NCBI GenBank assembly: GCA_964016885.1
Contig: OZ024743.1
Location: 296,670,001 to 296,734,000, forward strand
Direction: 5' to 3'
DNA: 64,000 nt
Source of the DNA: Eledone cirrhosa
Lineage: Eukaryota
Part shown: positions 52,554 through 64,000 of the stretch, piece by piece
How the letters are laid out: the number at the start of each line of letters is the position of its first letter
Numbering within the stretch: the stretch's first letter is position 1
Program-made: the position numbers and the translations under genes
Notes under the pieces: generated by a model
Seen by the model: the letters and a program-made list of their open reading frames with translations, nothing else
What the model was told of the DNA's origin: nothing
Database searches by the model: none

Positions 52554-53967
52554 ATCATCATCATCATCATCATTTTACGTCCGCTTTTCCCTGCTTGCAA
52601 GGGTGGGACGGGTCTTATTCAGCACAGCATCTCTCCACTCGTCACGGTCCTTCGTCATCTCCACCGTGAGATTCAATGATCTGAGGTCTGTTCTCACCAC
52701 CTCCGCCCATGTTTTTCGTGGTCTACCTCTACCACGTCTTCCTTCAACTGGCATTTCCTGGCACTTCTTCACCCATCGGTCATCCTCCATGCGCATCACA
52801 TGTCCATACCACCTCAGTCTCCTCTCCCGTACGCTACATTCTATCCCTCTCAGACACAGTTTCTCTCTCAACACATTTATGCTGGGTCGTTCACACACAT
52901 TTACACTGCACATCCAACGGAGCATGCTTGCCTCATTTCTCTCCAGCCGTCGCATATCCTCTGCAGTTGCTGCCCATGTCTCACTACCATGCATCATACA
53001 ACCGGCCTTTTGTACGCAGGGAGAAACCCTTCTTCGTCAACAGAGGAAGCAGCTCCCTAAACTTCTTCCAACCCGTCCTTATTCTAGATACTATGGCCTC
53101 GGAACACCCTCCTCCCGTGCTAATCTGATCTCCTAAGTACCGGAAGCTATCCACCACTTCTATAGCGCCCTCCTGCATTTGAAAAATGTGTCTATCAATG
53201 CGACTTCTACTGTCTAATTTCCCTGTACATCTACTGCATACATATTTCTCTCTACCTGTTAGTTTGCCTGCTATCCCGCTACATCTTTTGTGTACCCAGG
53301 ATCTGCATTGTGTGCATTTTATAGAATTTATGCCAGTTCATTTTCTGCATATCGAACATGGCCATTTCCCTGACGGAATCAGGGTTTTGTCCTCTTTTCT
53401 ACTCATCAACACTTTTGTCTTAGCTAGATTCACTCTCAGTCCTCTTGCTTCCAACTGCTGTTTCCATAGCCAGAATTTATTCTCTAGCTCCTCTACTGAT
53501 TATGCTATAAGAACCAGATCGTCAGCATAGAGAAGTTCCCATGGACAGTCAGTCTTAAACTCCTCTGTTATGGCTTGGAGGACTATAATGAACAAGAGCG
53601 GGCTGAGGACCGAACCCTGATGTACTCCTACTTGTATCTGGAATTCCTCACTAAACTCCATTCCTACCCTGACTTTACTGAGAGTACCTCTGTACAAAGT
53701 TTGCACTGTCCTCACAAGCCATTCCTCAACACCTAGCTTCCTTAGGGACCACCAGATGACAGATCGGGGTACCCTATCAAAGGCCTTCTCTAGGTCAACA
53801 AAGGCTAAGTATAGTGGCTTATTCTTCTCTAAGAACCTCTCTTGCAATTGTCTCACCAAGAAGAGGGCATCTGTTGTACTCTTCCCAGGCACAAAACCAA
53901 ACTGCATCTCATCTAGTTTGACCCTTTCTCTAATTAGTTGTGCTAAAATCCTTTCTGCCACTTTCAT
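52554..53967 (-). mobile_element. 5'-truncated RTE LINE whose ORF runs almost to the (GAT)n tail
   Basis: ORFs 53500-54003, 52984-53178 and 52575-52997 (YADD, HGSETW, RRLRWYGHV, GRPRKTW). Confidence 0.95.
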
Positions 53968-54206
53968 ATATACCCGAATATAAGCTGGAGAATATGTTAC
54001 CAAAAGGTCGATATGTGACCAGGGGTCAGCTTACATTCAATATTTTGACGATTTTCTACATAAATAAGGTTTGGATTTTTGCCCATTTCTCAAATATTAA
54101 ATAGTGGGGTCAGCTTATATTCGAGTATATATGGTAATAATTCCGATATCGCGTTTTCATGTTTTTCATATCCATTGAATATTTTGTTTGTTTTTTTGTG
54201 TGGCAG

Positions 54207-54317
54207 GTGGTTTAATGTTATTAGTGCAAGACCTAGCACTGTGTGAGGAAGCTGAGTATCATTCTGTTCATCAACCACAACATGATATTTGCCTGAATGA
54301 TTCTGATATGTCCTCAG
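54207..54317 (+). CDS. RALGAPB: RALGAPB exon (GGLMLLVQDLALCEEAEYH...DMSS)
   Basis: T-rich tract plus gcag acceptor and gtatgt donor. Matches recalled GAMLNIVQDSALLE. Confidence 0.88.
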
Positions 54318-55746
54318 GTATGTAATATATAATATTTTACAAGTTTCTATAAATGGGGATCTACATTACTACTTTTGCTTTATACAGTAGCATAGCTGGT
54401 GGGCAGTAGTCTACCCCAGGTGCCACTTGGTGTATTGTGCTGTGTTTCCAAGGATGGGTAGAGGGACAAACTAAAGGACTGTTCTGGGCAGTACAAACTG
54501 CCTATATATCTCAATCAAGTGACATGAACTGGAGATGGTAGAAGAATTATAAATATAAGAGAAACTGTTTATAAAAGAGTACAGGTTGGTTTCATATGTC
54601 GTTAAGCAATTGGGAATACAACTCTTCCCTCTGGACAGGCTGCCATATGCTACTGGTACACATTTTTTTTCAGCTGAATGGACTGGAGCAAAGGGGAATG
54701 AAATGCCTTGCTCAAGGACACAATACATTGCCAGATACAGGGATTTAACCCACAACCTTACAATCGTAAAACAGACAATTTAACAAATAGGCCATGAAAT
54801 ATTACAAACTTGACTGCTTACCAAAGAATTGGTTGTTCACTTAAATGTTGTGTCTCTCATAAACAATTTTACTGTAGTATAGCAGTTCAATGAATGTTTA
54901 GTGATATATATACTATACTTTAAAAATAATAGATGGGCTGGTGCCAAGGAGGGTATCAGTCATTAAAAACACTGCTTCAAAGGTCTTGTCCCAACCTGTG
55001 CAAGCATGAAAAAAAAAAAAAAAAAACGATGGTAAATTAATTGTTTCTACTTTAGGCACAAGGCCAGCAATTACTCAGTGCATTACTGGTACTTTATTTT
55101 ATCGACCCCGTAAGGATGAAAGGCAAAGTCAACCTCGGCGGGATTTGAACTCAGATCGTAAAGGGACGTAACTATGCTGGAAAGCATGGCTTCCGACCCT
55201 CTACCGATACTGCCAATAATACTAATATTGATATTATTTCCTCGGAAAAATACACTGTAATATAGTAGTGCTGGTGCCACAATAAAATGCACCCAGTCTA
55301 CTCTAAAGTAGTAGTGCCGGTGCCATGATGAAATGCACCTAGTACACTCTGTAAAGTGATAGCGCTGGTGCTTCAATAATACTCAGCCAGTCCACCCTGT
55401 AAAATAGTAGTGCTGGTTCTACAATAAAACACTTAGTACACCCTGTATGGTGGTTAGTGTTAGGAAAGGCATCCAACCATAGAAACTATGCCAATTATGG
55501 AATATATGGAGAAGATGAGTTCTCTGATCTGTCTAACTTCAGACTGTGACAACCCATTCAACCATGAAAAGCAAATGTAAAATGATGATGAATGAGGCAA
55601 TATATACAATGGTGCATTGTATATCCTGAAAAATATGATAGTTTACTTGGAATTTTAACTGTAAATTATTACTAAACCTTCTTTAGATATTGTAACTCTA
55701 CTTTACTCACCATTATATATAGTTTCCATTTATGAATCAATTCTAG

Positions 55747-55833
55747 ATTTTTCTAAGAGTAGCAGCATATCTGGAGAGACATCATTTTTAGAGAGTCTTC
55801 AAAAGATTCCACCAATGCAAATGAATGGCTTTG
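55747..55833 (+). CDS. RALGAPB: Probable RALGAPB linker exon (DFSKSSSISGETSFLESLQKIPPMQMNGF), 87 nt, symmetric phase 1
   Basis: ttctag acceptor, strong gtaagt donor and open frame. Lies in the poorly conserved Ser-rich linker. An in-frame alternative acceptor gives a start at 55687. Confidence 0.65.
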
Positions 55834-58800
55834 GTAAGTTATTATTACATTTTTGTTGTGTGTGTGTGTTTATTAGAACTGTTTTTAAAATGTCTTATTT
55901 CCTTTTACATTCAATTACTAGTTTCTGTCATTAGACTTTGGCCATGCTGGATGACTGCTTTCAAGTGTTTTAGTCAATCATACCTACTCCGGTATTTAGT
56001 TTATCAATCTCTATTTATTAAATGGTGATGATTGCTTCTTATTTAAAGTAATACAACACAACACACCATATTACACAAACATTGATAGACACTAATAATA
56101 TACAGTAGGCTTTAATGATGTTTGAGCAATGAAACAATCTGTTTGTGAAATTAATATGCATATGGCTAAGCATTCCGCAGACATGTGTACCCTTTGCATA
56201 ATTCTCAGGCAAATTGAAAAAAGCACCCAGCACTCACTGTAAATGAGGTTGGTGTTAGGAAGGGCATCCAGCTGTAGAAATCAAGCCAGAATCAGTTCCC
56301 GTATGAGCAAGACATGGTCAGCCGACCGGCTACTGCCCACAACAGGACAACCCGTCTAACCCATGCTAGCGTGGAAGAACAGACGTAAAACGGTGATGAT
56401 GATGATTGAGTGACAAGGCTGCCTCTTAAATTACAGGTACATCCAACAGGCTTCCACATAATTTATGTTTACCAAATTTCACTCAAAAACTTATGTCATG
56501 TCTATCCAAGGCTATGGTAAATGATACTTACTCTAGATGCCAGAATCAAACCCAGAACCTTATGATTGTAAAGCAAACTTCTTAACCATTCAACCATACT
56601 GCATCTAATATTTATTCATATACATATATATGATGTGGCTCCGCACCTATGAAATTCTGTTCACACAACATTGATCAGCCTAAGGGTTCAGTAGAAGACA
56701 GCCATGTTGGTAGGTAGCAGGATTTAGCCCAGATCCATATGGTTATGAAGCCATGCCAGCCATATACAGGAATGCTGTCAGCAAGGCAAGAGTTAACATT
56801 AAGTCAAGTAAGTAATTTATCATGCAAGTAGATGCTTATACACAGTGAAGTGGTTGGTGATAGGAAAGGCATCCAGCCATAGAAATCTTGCCAATCAAAG
56901 GATTAGGAGGACCCTCGGTTATGACAAAGACATGACAACCTCACCTGTGCACTTTGTGGAACCTGAGACCGTACATAAGCAAGACACTGATCTCTGGCTT
57001 GTCTGGGGGATCAGTAGCTCTGTTTCAGTACTGACTTGGTCTATGTAGACCCATCCAACCCTTGCTAGCAGGGAAAGCAGATATTAAAATGATCATGATG
57101 TTGGTGTCTATCAGTGCCTGTTTTTGCTCCTAGTTTTTTATTATAGTTCTCTAGACTATAACAGAGGAGTTCAAGAATGGTTGTTTGTAGGAATTCCTAT
57201 GCTAACATGAGTTGGATAAGTTTTCTGGGTCAATGAAAATAGTTCCAGTTCAGGAGCAGTTGATTGATAGAATTCTTCAAGCTTACAATAGGCTGCCTTG
57301 TGGTATCTGTTCCAGCTCTGTGATTGCCCAGTTCAGATCCCACCTTCTGTCACCAGAAAAAAAATGGTGACACTTCTGCCAGGAGTTGTGACTGACAGTA
57401 TCAGAAATGGGAAAGACTAATTGATACTTAGTTTTCTTATTTCAATTTGTAATATCGGTGATCTTCAAATCAATAATCATTATCAAGGAGCAAGTATGTG
57501 TGGAACCATAACTTGTGATGGAGTTGTAAGGGCACTGTAGTGACATACAGCATTTCTTGGGCATTTTTAAACCTTGCAGAGCCTGGCTCTTCTCCAGGTC
57601 TAAACACAGCAGATTTCTACCAGAGGAGGATAGAGATTGAAAGCAAGGAAGAGAAAACAGATATAGAGGAAGAATTGACCCCAGTACTAGACTGGTACTT
57701 TCTTTTTATTGATGTCAAAAGGCTGAAAAAGGACCAAGGACCTTAGAAATATCTATATCTCTTTGCCTTTTAGATATCAAACCACTTAAAATTGCCCAGT
57801 TATATAATACAAAACTTTGTTTTAAGGAGTATATATATCTAAAGACCCTCCATCATAATTCTATACACAAACCTTTGTTATGCTCCAAACACCAACTTAA
57901 TGAAAAAGCTAGTTATTTTATCAAATCCCTCCTAATTCCTGATTTTAATTTTTCAAAATTAATTGATAATTATAAGTAGTATTTATCATTAGAATTATAG
58001 TAATAAAAGAGTTAATATAATATTTTCTTAACTATGAATATATTTTTTGAAATTTTACATGTATTATTTATTTTCTCTCCATTTATGCTTTTATTACTTC
58101 TTGAATGCTTCAGTTTTACCAGTGTTATTGCATTTCTTTTACCATGTTATGTTATGACCTTACCTCCTTATTCCCTGTATAACATGTTTTATGTATTTGT
58201 TGTAGCTACTAATAACTAATTCTTGGCATTTCTGTTAGAAACACAAATAACCTTTCTATGAACCTTTCCATGTAGTTATCAATTTAAGCCCATTGCATGG
58301 CACTTTGGGAAAGGATCTTTTACCATAGCTTAGAATTGAAAAATAACTTGCAAGTGGAATTTGATAGATATCCTTTATATATATATGTATATAACATCAT
58401 CATTATTTAATGTCCAATGATGATGATAATATACATATTTCACTCACAAGTTATTGGTCAACCTGAAGATATATTTTTTTTTTTTCACAAATCTTATTTT
58501 GCAACCAACCAAAGTACAACAGTGCATAAATTATCACTAAAGAATAGTTGAGATTAAATCAGAGATATAACCCTTGAGGCAGAAAGAAGTGGATACAGAT
58601 ATGATGACCGAATTCTGAAGCTGGCGCATTACTGCACCAGCTCCTGCAATTCTTGCACTTAATTCAGCCTCCTACCCTCCATCACGTTCCTGAGATACTT
58701 GAACTTCTCCACCTGCTACGGTGGAATTCTACTCACACGTAGGGTGCACTGTGCAAGCCTCCTTAAGTGAAAGTGTGTCTCAGTCTTTGCAACACTGATT

Positions 58801-59529
58801 TTCATTCTTGCTGTGCAGCACTTAGCAGCAAATCTATTAAGGGCATATCGGGGTTCACTTCCTGATGAATTAAGTAATACCATGTCATTTGCAAATTCCA
58901 ACTGACTGATCAAATTCCAAACCCACTAAAATTGAATGGAAAAATAACTAACAAAATGGAAACGGAAAATTTTTTTTTCTTCAGTCATACTGTTCTAATC
59001 ATAATTTGATGTAAGAACATTTGTTAAGCTGTGTTCTGAACACCAGCTTAATAATGAGAAAGTTAATTATATTACCAAATATCACCCAATTTTTTATTAT
59101 TTTCAAAATTGTTTAAAAATCATATCTAATTTCTTTCATTAGCAATATGTTAAGGAAAGGGTTAAAACGTTTGTTGTACACTTTTAACCTTTAGAATGGC
59201 AAAAAAACTAAAACCATTTATATACGTAACTCATCTCTTGGACTTTTAAGTTCTGAGAATATAGAGTTACTATAAAGGATGATGTTTTCATGCACAGTGA
59301 TACTATAAAATAGGGTTAAGTCACTTAAAAGATGGAAAAAGAAGTTGCCATCAGCTGCTATTTTATAGCATCCCTGCACATGAACACATCATCCTTTATA
59401 TACCTAAAACCAACTTTCTAATAAAATCAGAACAGGAATAGTTTCTTTCTTCAGTGATAATGTTCTAATTGCTAATACTGACCAGTTGTTTTCACTTCCC
59501 CCATTTCCTACCTGGTTTTCTTTGATTAG

Positions 59530-59622
59530 AGGAGTACCATGGCAGCAGAAACTTGCATGGGACAAGGCTTTCCTCCAGTTCAGGATCTTACATGTTCACA
59601 AATATCAGGTTTTGTGACACAG
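59530..59622 (+). CDS. RALGAPB: Candidate RALGAPB cassette exon (EEYHGSRNLHGTRLSSSSGSYMFTNIRFCDT), 93 nt, symmetric phase 1
   Basis: Long pyrimidine tract plus ttag acceptor, cag/gtatgc donor, open in the required phase. No recognisable homology. Confidence 0.45.
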
Positions 59623-62194
59623 GTATGCTATTCTGATGAATAATTTAACAATATTTACAGAGCTTAACAACAAGAGGGATTAAATTCACCACCACACATA
59701 CTTCAGCACTACAACTACCACCACCACCACTATAACTACTACTACTGTTGGCTGTAGCAATCTTTTGACTAAGTTAAATCTGATTTTATTGTGATGTATT
59801 AACTCTTTGAGAACCAGTGCTTTTTTTTTTTTTTTTTGTATTTTACTGCCTCAATACAGGATTACACATTAATTTTTATATTTTTCAAAATGTTTTTTGA
59901 AAATAAAATAAATGATAAGGTGTGATAGTTTGCTTGAAGCATTGTGGAATATGATAATGATAAGTCGATATATATGTTTAGAAAGCTGTACAATTGTTTC
60001 TACTTTAGGCACAAGGCCAGCAATTACTCAGTGCATTACTGGTACTTTATTTTATCGACCCCGTAAGGATGAAAGGCAAAGTCAGCCTTGGCGGGATTTG
60101 AACTCGGATCGTAAGGGGACATAACTATGCTGGAAAGCATGGCGTCCGACCCTCTACCGATACTGCTAATCCACCGCCTATATGTTATATATGTTTAGAA
60201 AGCTGTACAATGCAAATTAGTTAGAATTACCAAAGTAAGAAGTCGGAAGAGAGTTGAGGTAGAAAGCAAAAGACGGGAGAAGAAGGAAAACAAAAGAAAA
60301 GGAAGACTGACTGAAAGAGATATTTGATCAAACGTGCTTTACTTACTTTGTCTGAACCTATGCTTCACAAATCAAATTAAAATATACCAGTACATATTTG
60401 GTACACAAGGCAGCAAATCATTAGGGCTTTGAATTAAATGCACTCTTGAGTTCAAATCCTGTCTCAGCCAACTTTGTCTTTTGTCTTTTTGAGGGTCAAT
60501 AAAGTACGAGTTCTGAGGCTGTGGATTAGTAGAATTGTTAACAAATCAGTATCTGATCCAGCACCATATGTTCTGAGTTTAAATCCTGCCTCTTAACAAG
60601 CATTGTGACTGAGAAATAGTTTCAGCAATGGAAAGATCAGTGAAACATTGTTTCCTTGGTCCAATCTGACAATCACTTATTTTCTTTTGGGGTATACAAG
60701 AGGGTGGAGGTAAAAGACTTACTAAAACATGTTTGGCACTCGAAAAGATAAATTTTCACTTTTGGCAATTGATTGTTATATATAAGCTGTTTGTGTGTGG
60801 TGTGTGTGTGTACTATAGCAATACTGAGGAGATTTATAACATTATGAAACCAACTATTTCAATAATGCTTGCTATTGCTTGTAATGACTTATGTAAATTT
60901 CCTTTGCCCTGCCATTACTGTTTGCAAGCTGTTGCCTACCTGTTCCTTCCTTCATATTACTATATGTAATATTATCATCTGTCCTCCACTCCTCCTACTG
61001 TTACTAAACCCAATATTGTCATCTACCCATTCTTCTATTACTATATGCCTACATGTAATATGTCAGCTACCTCCATGTTACTTTTGTTTTTACTGTTAAG
61101 TCAATAAGGGAAGAGTCACTGCCCCTGATCCTTTTTTCAAGTGCTCTGGGACTAGAGAGAGTAAGGTAGGTATTTTCACACCAGAGATATAATTCAAATG
61201 CTTGCAACAGAGCGGATTCTGCTGAAGGCATCCAAGGACTGAGAGGTTGTGTTAAATTAAGCAATGGATTAAGTCTACCACCCATGTAGGCCATGGGTTT
61301 CACTTTTGATCCTACAACAGTGGAAGCATCTGCCGTCCTGGGCCTCTAAACTACCTCTTTACTCATTTTAATTGGGATAGAGACAGCCACCTGTAGGAAT
61401 GGACCTCACAAAGTGGAATAGCTCTAGCAGCACATCTCTCTTGCCATTCTTCAGTATAACACATTCACTACTTTGTCTGCCAGGACCACGAAAAATTCTT
61501 ATGACTTGCTGTGATATAATAACATTTTCATGTCTGTCTGTAACATAGGAATGAAAGAGATAGAGAGAAATACATCATATCAAAGAACACAGACATTACT
61601 TCCCTATTATATTTCATATGTTCAAAGTCAAATTGTGTTGAGTACAACCACTATACACACTCAAGTTTTAACTGTAATTAAAGAACTTTACAACATTTAG
61701 TATTTTATTAATCTTGCATCTATTACAGCTTTATAGTATTAATTCTGTAATGTTGAGTACCAAATACTAATAATAAAGTATTGTATATACTCAAATATAA
61801 GCCGATCCCCTATTTTATGTCTGAGAAATAGGCGAAAATCCAAGCCCCATTTATAAACTGAGGCAGTCAATTAACACATAGTTTAGATGGCCTATATAAG
61901 CCAAACTCCCATTTTACCATTGATATTTTGGTCACATATTCTTTGGCTTATATTCGAGTATATGCAGGTAATATGCACATCTGCACATATGAGATTTTTG
62001 TTATTTTAGTTCTTTAATTGTTTAAATAGCCAAATAGTTAATTAAATGACTAACTAACAAATAAAAAAAATAATAAGTATGTAGACATATTGCTTATCAT
62101 AATAAAGTAAACTACATCTAATTGTATCTATTTTGTTGAGCTTTCCAGAAATATGCATTTATTAATTGATTTTGTTAATAATGTTAATTTTCAG

Positions 62195-62420
62195 ACACTG
62201 CTCACAGCCTGTTTGGTCAAGCCACTTCTTTAGTATGTCACCAATTGATGTCTTCTTGGAAGACTGATCTGAACACAGCACTGGCAGCAATGGAACTTTT
62301 GTCAGGTCTTGCCAAAGTTCGAGTGAAACCACCTAACCAAGGAATGAGTAAGAGAACAGTAAAGTGGATATGTGATTTTATCATGTATCAGTGTAGTCGA
62401 CCACCAACAGCACATTCAAG
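62195..62420 (+). CDS. RALGAPB: RALGAPB exon (DTAHSLFGQATSLVCHQLMSSWKTDLNTALAAMELLSGLAKV...YQCSRPPTAHSR)
   Basis: tttcag acceptor and gtaagt donor. Matches recalled LAALELLSGLAKV and YQCSRPAPLHSR. Confidence 0.95.
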
Positions 62421-62734
62421 GTAAGTGGGTTATAGTTGTTTATTTTGTTGATATAAAATATTCTTTTTTTAAATTTAGAATCCATAAAAACACATATAAA
62501 AGAAATATTTTTAAAAAAATGGAAAGGGCTATGCCCATATCCTTCACAACAACAGGACATAAACAAATACACACACAACATGCGACCATGGAAATAGACT
62601 TTAAACAGGGATATATATATATATATATAGGTGGATTCTTGATGTATATCGGGAGGTGACTACAGTTAAAAAAGGTACGTAATACATTAGTAGGGTATAG
62701 GCATATTTATTATATTATAGAAATGACATCTATA

Positions 62735-62777
62735 GGACTAGAACTCTTTCATTCCTAAGAAATCATCAGGAAAGTCC
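62735..62777 (-). ncRNA. Degenerate type I hammerhead
   Basis: Minus strand reads ggactttc-CTGATGA-tttc tta ggaa t-GAAA-gagttc-TA-gtcc. Stem III is close to the palindrome AGAGCTCT and stem I is disrupted. Confidence 0.5.
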
Positions 62778-63086
62778 AATGATGATTTCTTACGAAGTAA
62801 GTCATTTCTATAATAAAATAAAATATATATTTATCTATACACACAATGTCTTTCTTATAGTTTCTGCCTACCAACTTCACTTAAAAGCATTGATTAGCTC
62901 AAGTCTATAGTAGAAGATATACATGGTGTCACTCAGTAGAATAGATGCAAAATAAATTTCTTAACTACACAGCCATATCTATGTGATGTGTATGTGCCAA
63001 AATATTGACATTGTAAAATATAATCTTATAAAAAAAGTTATTTTTATGTATTAAATAAAATATATATCCATCTATTGTATCTTCAG

Positions 63087-63228
63087 AGACCTTCACTCTA
63101 GAATTGTTGCAGCTTTTAAGTGCCTCAAGCTGTGGCTTGTTGAGCATAGTAGCCTGCTCTATGATAAAGAATGCCTACATAATGTCCTAGAAGTTGTGGA
63201 GCTTGGGATTTCTGGTTCTAAATCTCAG
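63087..63228 (+). CDS. RALGAPB: RALGAPB exon ([20 protein letters not shown]...[15 protein letters not shown])
   Basis: cttcag acceptor and gtaaac donor. Matches recalled DLHSMIVAAFQCLCVWL...ELGISGSKS. Confidence 0.95.
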
Positions 63229-63629
63229 GTAAACTTTTATATATATACTACTCATGTCACATAACGTGTTCTTCTCGATTACATTTGTCATCTTCCATTT
63301 CTCTTTCGTCATCTTCCATTTGCCTTCCCTCCCACTTCCATAGCCATGTAGACCAAACAAAACACTGCAGCACAAATATGTTGTAACTGTTAACTTAATA
63401 TCTATCACAATAACCACTACTACTCCTAATACAGTTGTTATGTACGGCAAATGGAATACAAAGCTGGAGCATTCCTAAAGATGAATATGAACCTACCATC
63501 CATCTCTGGACTACTATGCTAACGCTCTTCTTTATTTCAGACATGGAAAACCAACACCAACTCATCTCTCTCACCTCCCACTCCCCACCAAGTTTTCATC
63601 TTCTTCCTCTCACTTAGGGAGTGAACTCC

Positions 63630-64000
63630 CTAACTTCAGAGCTGGCACCATCAATGTAGGCACAATGAAAGGAAGATATGGAGAGGTTGTAAGGATGCTT
63701 GAACGGAAGAAAATTGATGTGTGCTGTGTACAACAGATTAGATAGAGGGGAATGTCAGCTAAATTTTGTGTCGGAAAAAGACAATGTTACAAATCTTTCT
63801 TGGTGGGAAATGACAACGGGCTGGGTGGAGTAGGGATTTTGGTAGCAGAAAAAGGGGTTGGCAAGGTAATTGCTATAAATAGAGGGAATGACAGAATCAT
63901 TAAATTTAAACTTTCACTAAATAGAACAACCATGACAATTATATCTGCATATGCAGCTCAATCTGGACTTCCAGATGTACAAAAAAAGACAGGTTCTATG
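63630..64000 (+). mobile_element. 5' part of an RTE LINE (APE endonuclease), runs off the window end
   Basis: GTINVGTMKGR...KIDVCCVQ...GGVGILVAE...IISAYA. Confidence 0.85.

Overview
AT-rich, microsatellite-dense eukaryotic DNA, most likely an octopod cephalopod (inferred from repeat content, not verified). The window lies inside one + strand gene, RALGAPB (Ral GTPase-activating protein subunit beta). I traced 11 confident internal exons and 2 candidate cassette exons with GT-AG sites and consistent phases. The gene starts before and ends after the window and includes a 31.3-kb intron (2662-33927). Introns are filled with 5'-truncated RTE LINEs (several with a PHD finger behind the RT core), a CR1-type LINE, R4/Dong-like fragments, several tRNA-derived SINE families, Tc1/mariner- and piggyBac-like MITEs, and (TA)n/(CA)n tracts. 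Most ORF-track entries are microsatellite or antisense artefacts. The main unexpected signal is about 11 type I hammerhead-ribozyme (HHR) motifs, mostly with short palindromic stem III (the Penelope-associated, dimer-cleaving type). They sit in short non-coding, often fold-back elements next to TA/CA microsatellites. Ten are in the 31-kb intron, several on the pre-mRNA strand, and include a 325-nt direct-repeat pair that resembles a retrozyme. All folds and alignments were done by eye and none of the ribozymes has been tested.
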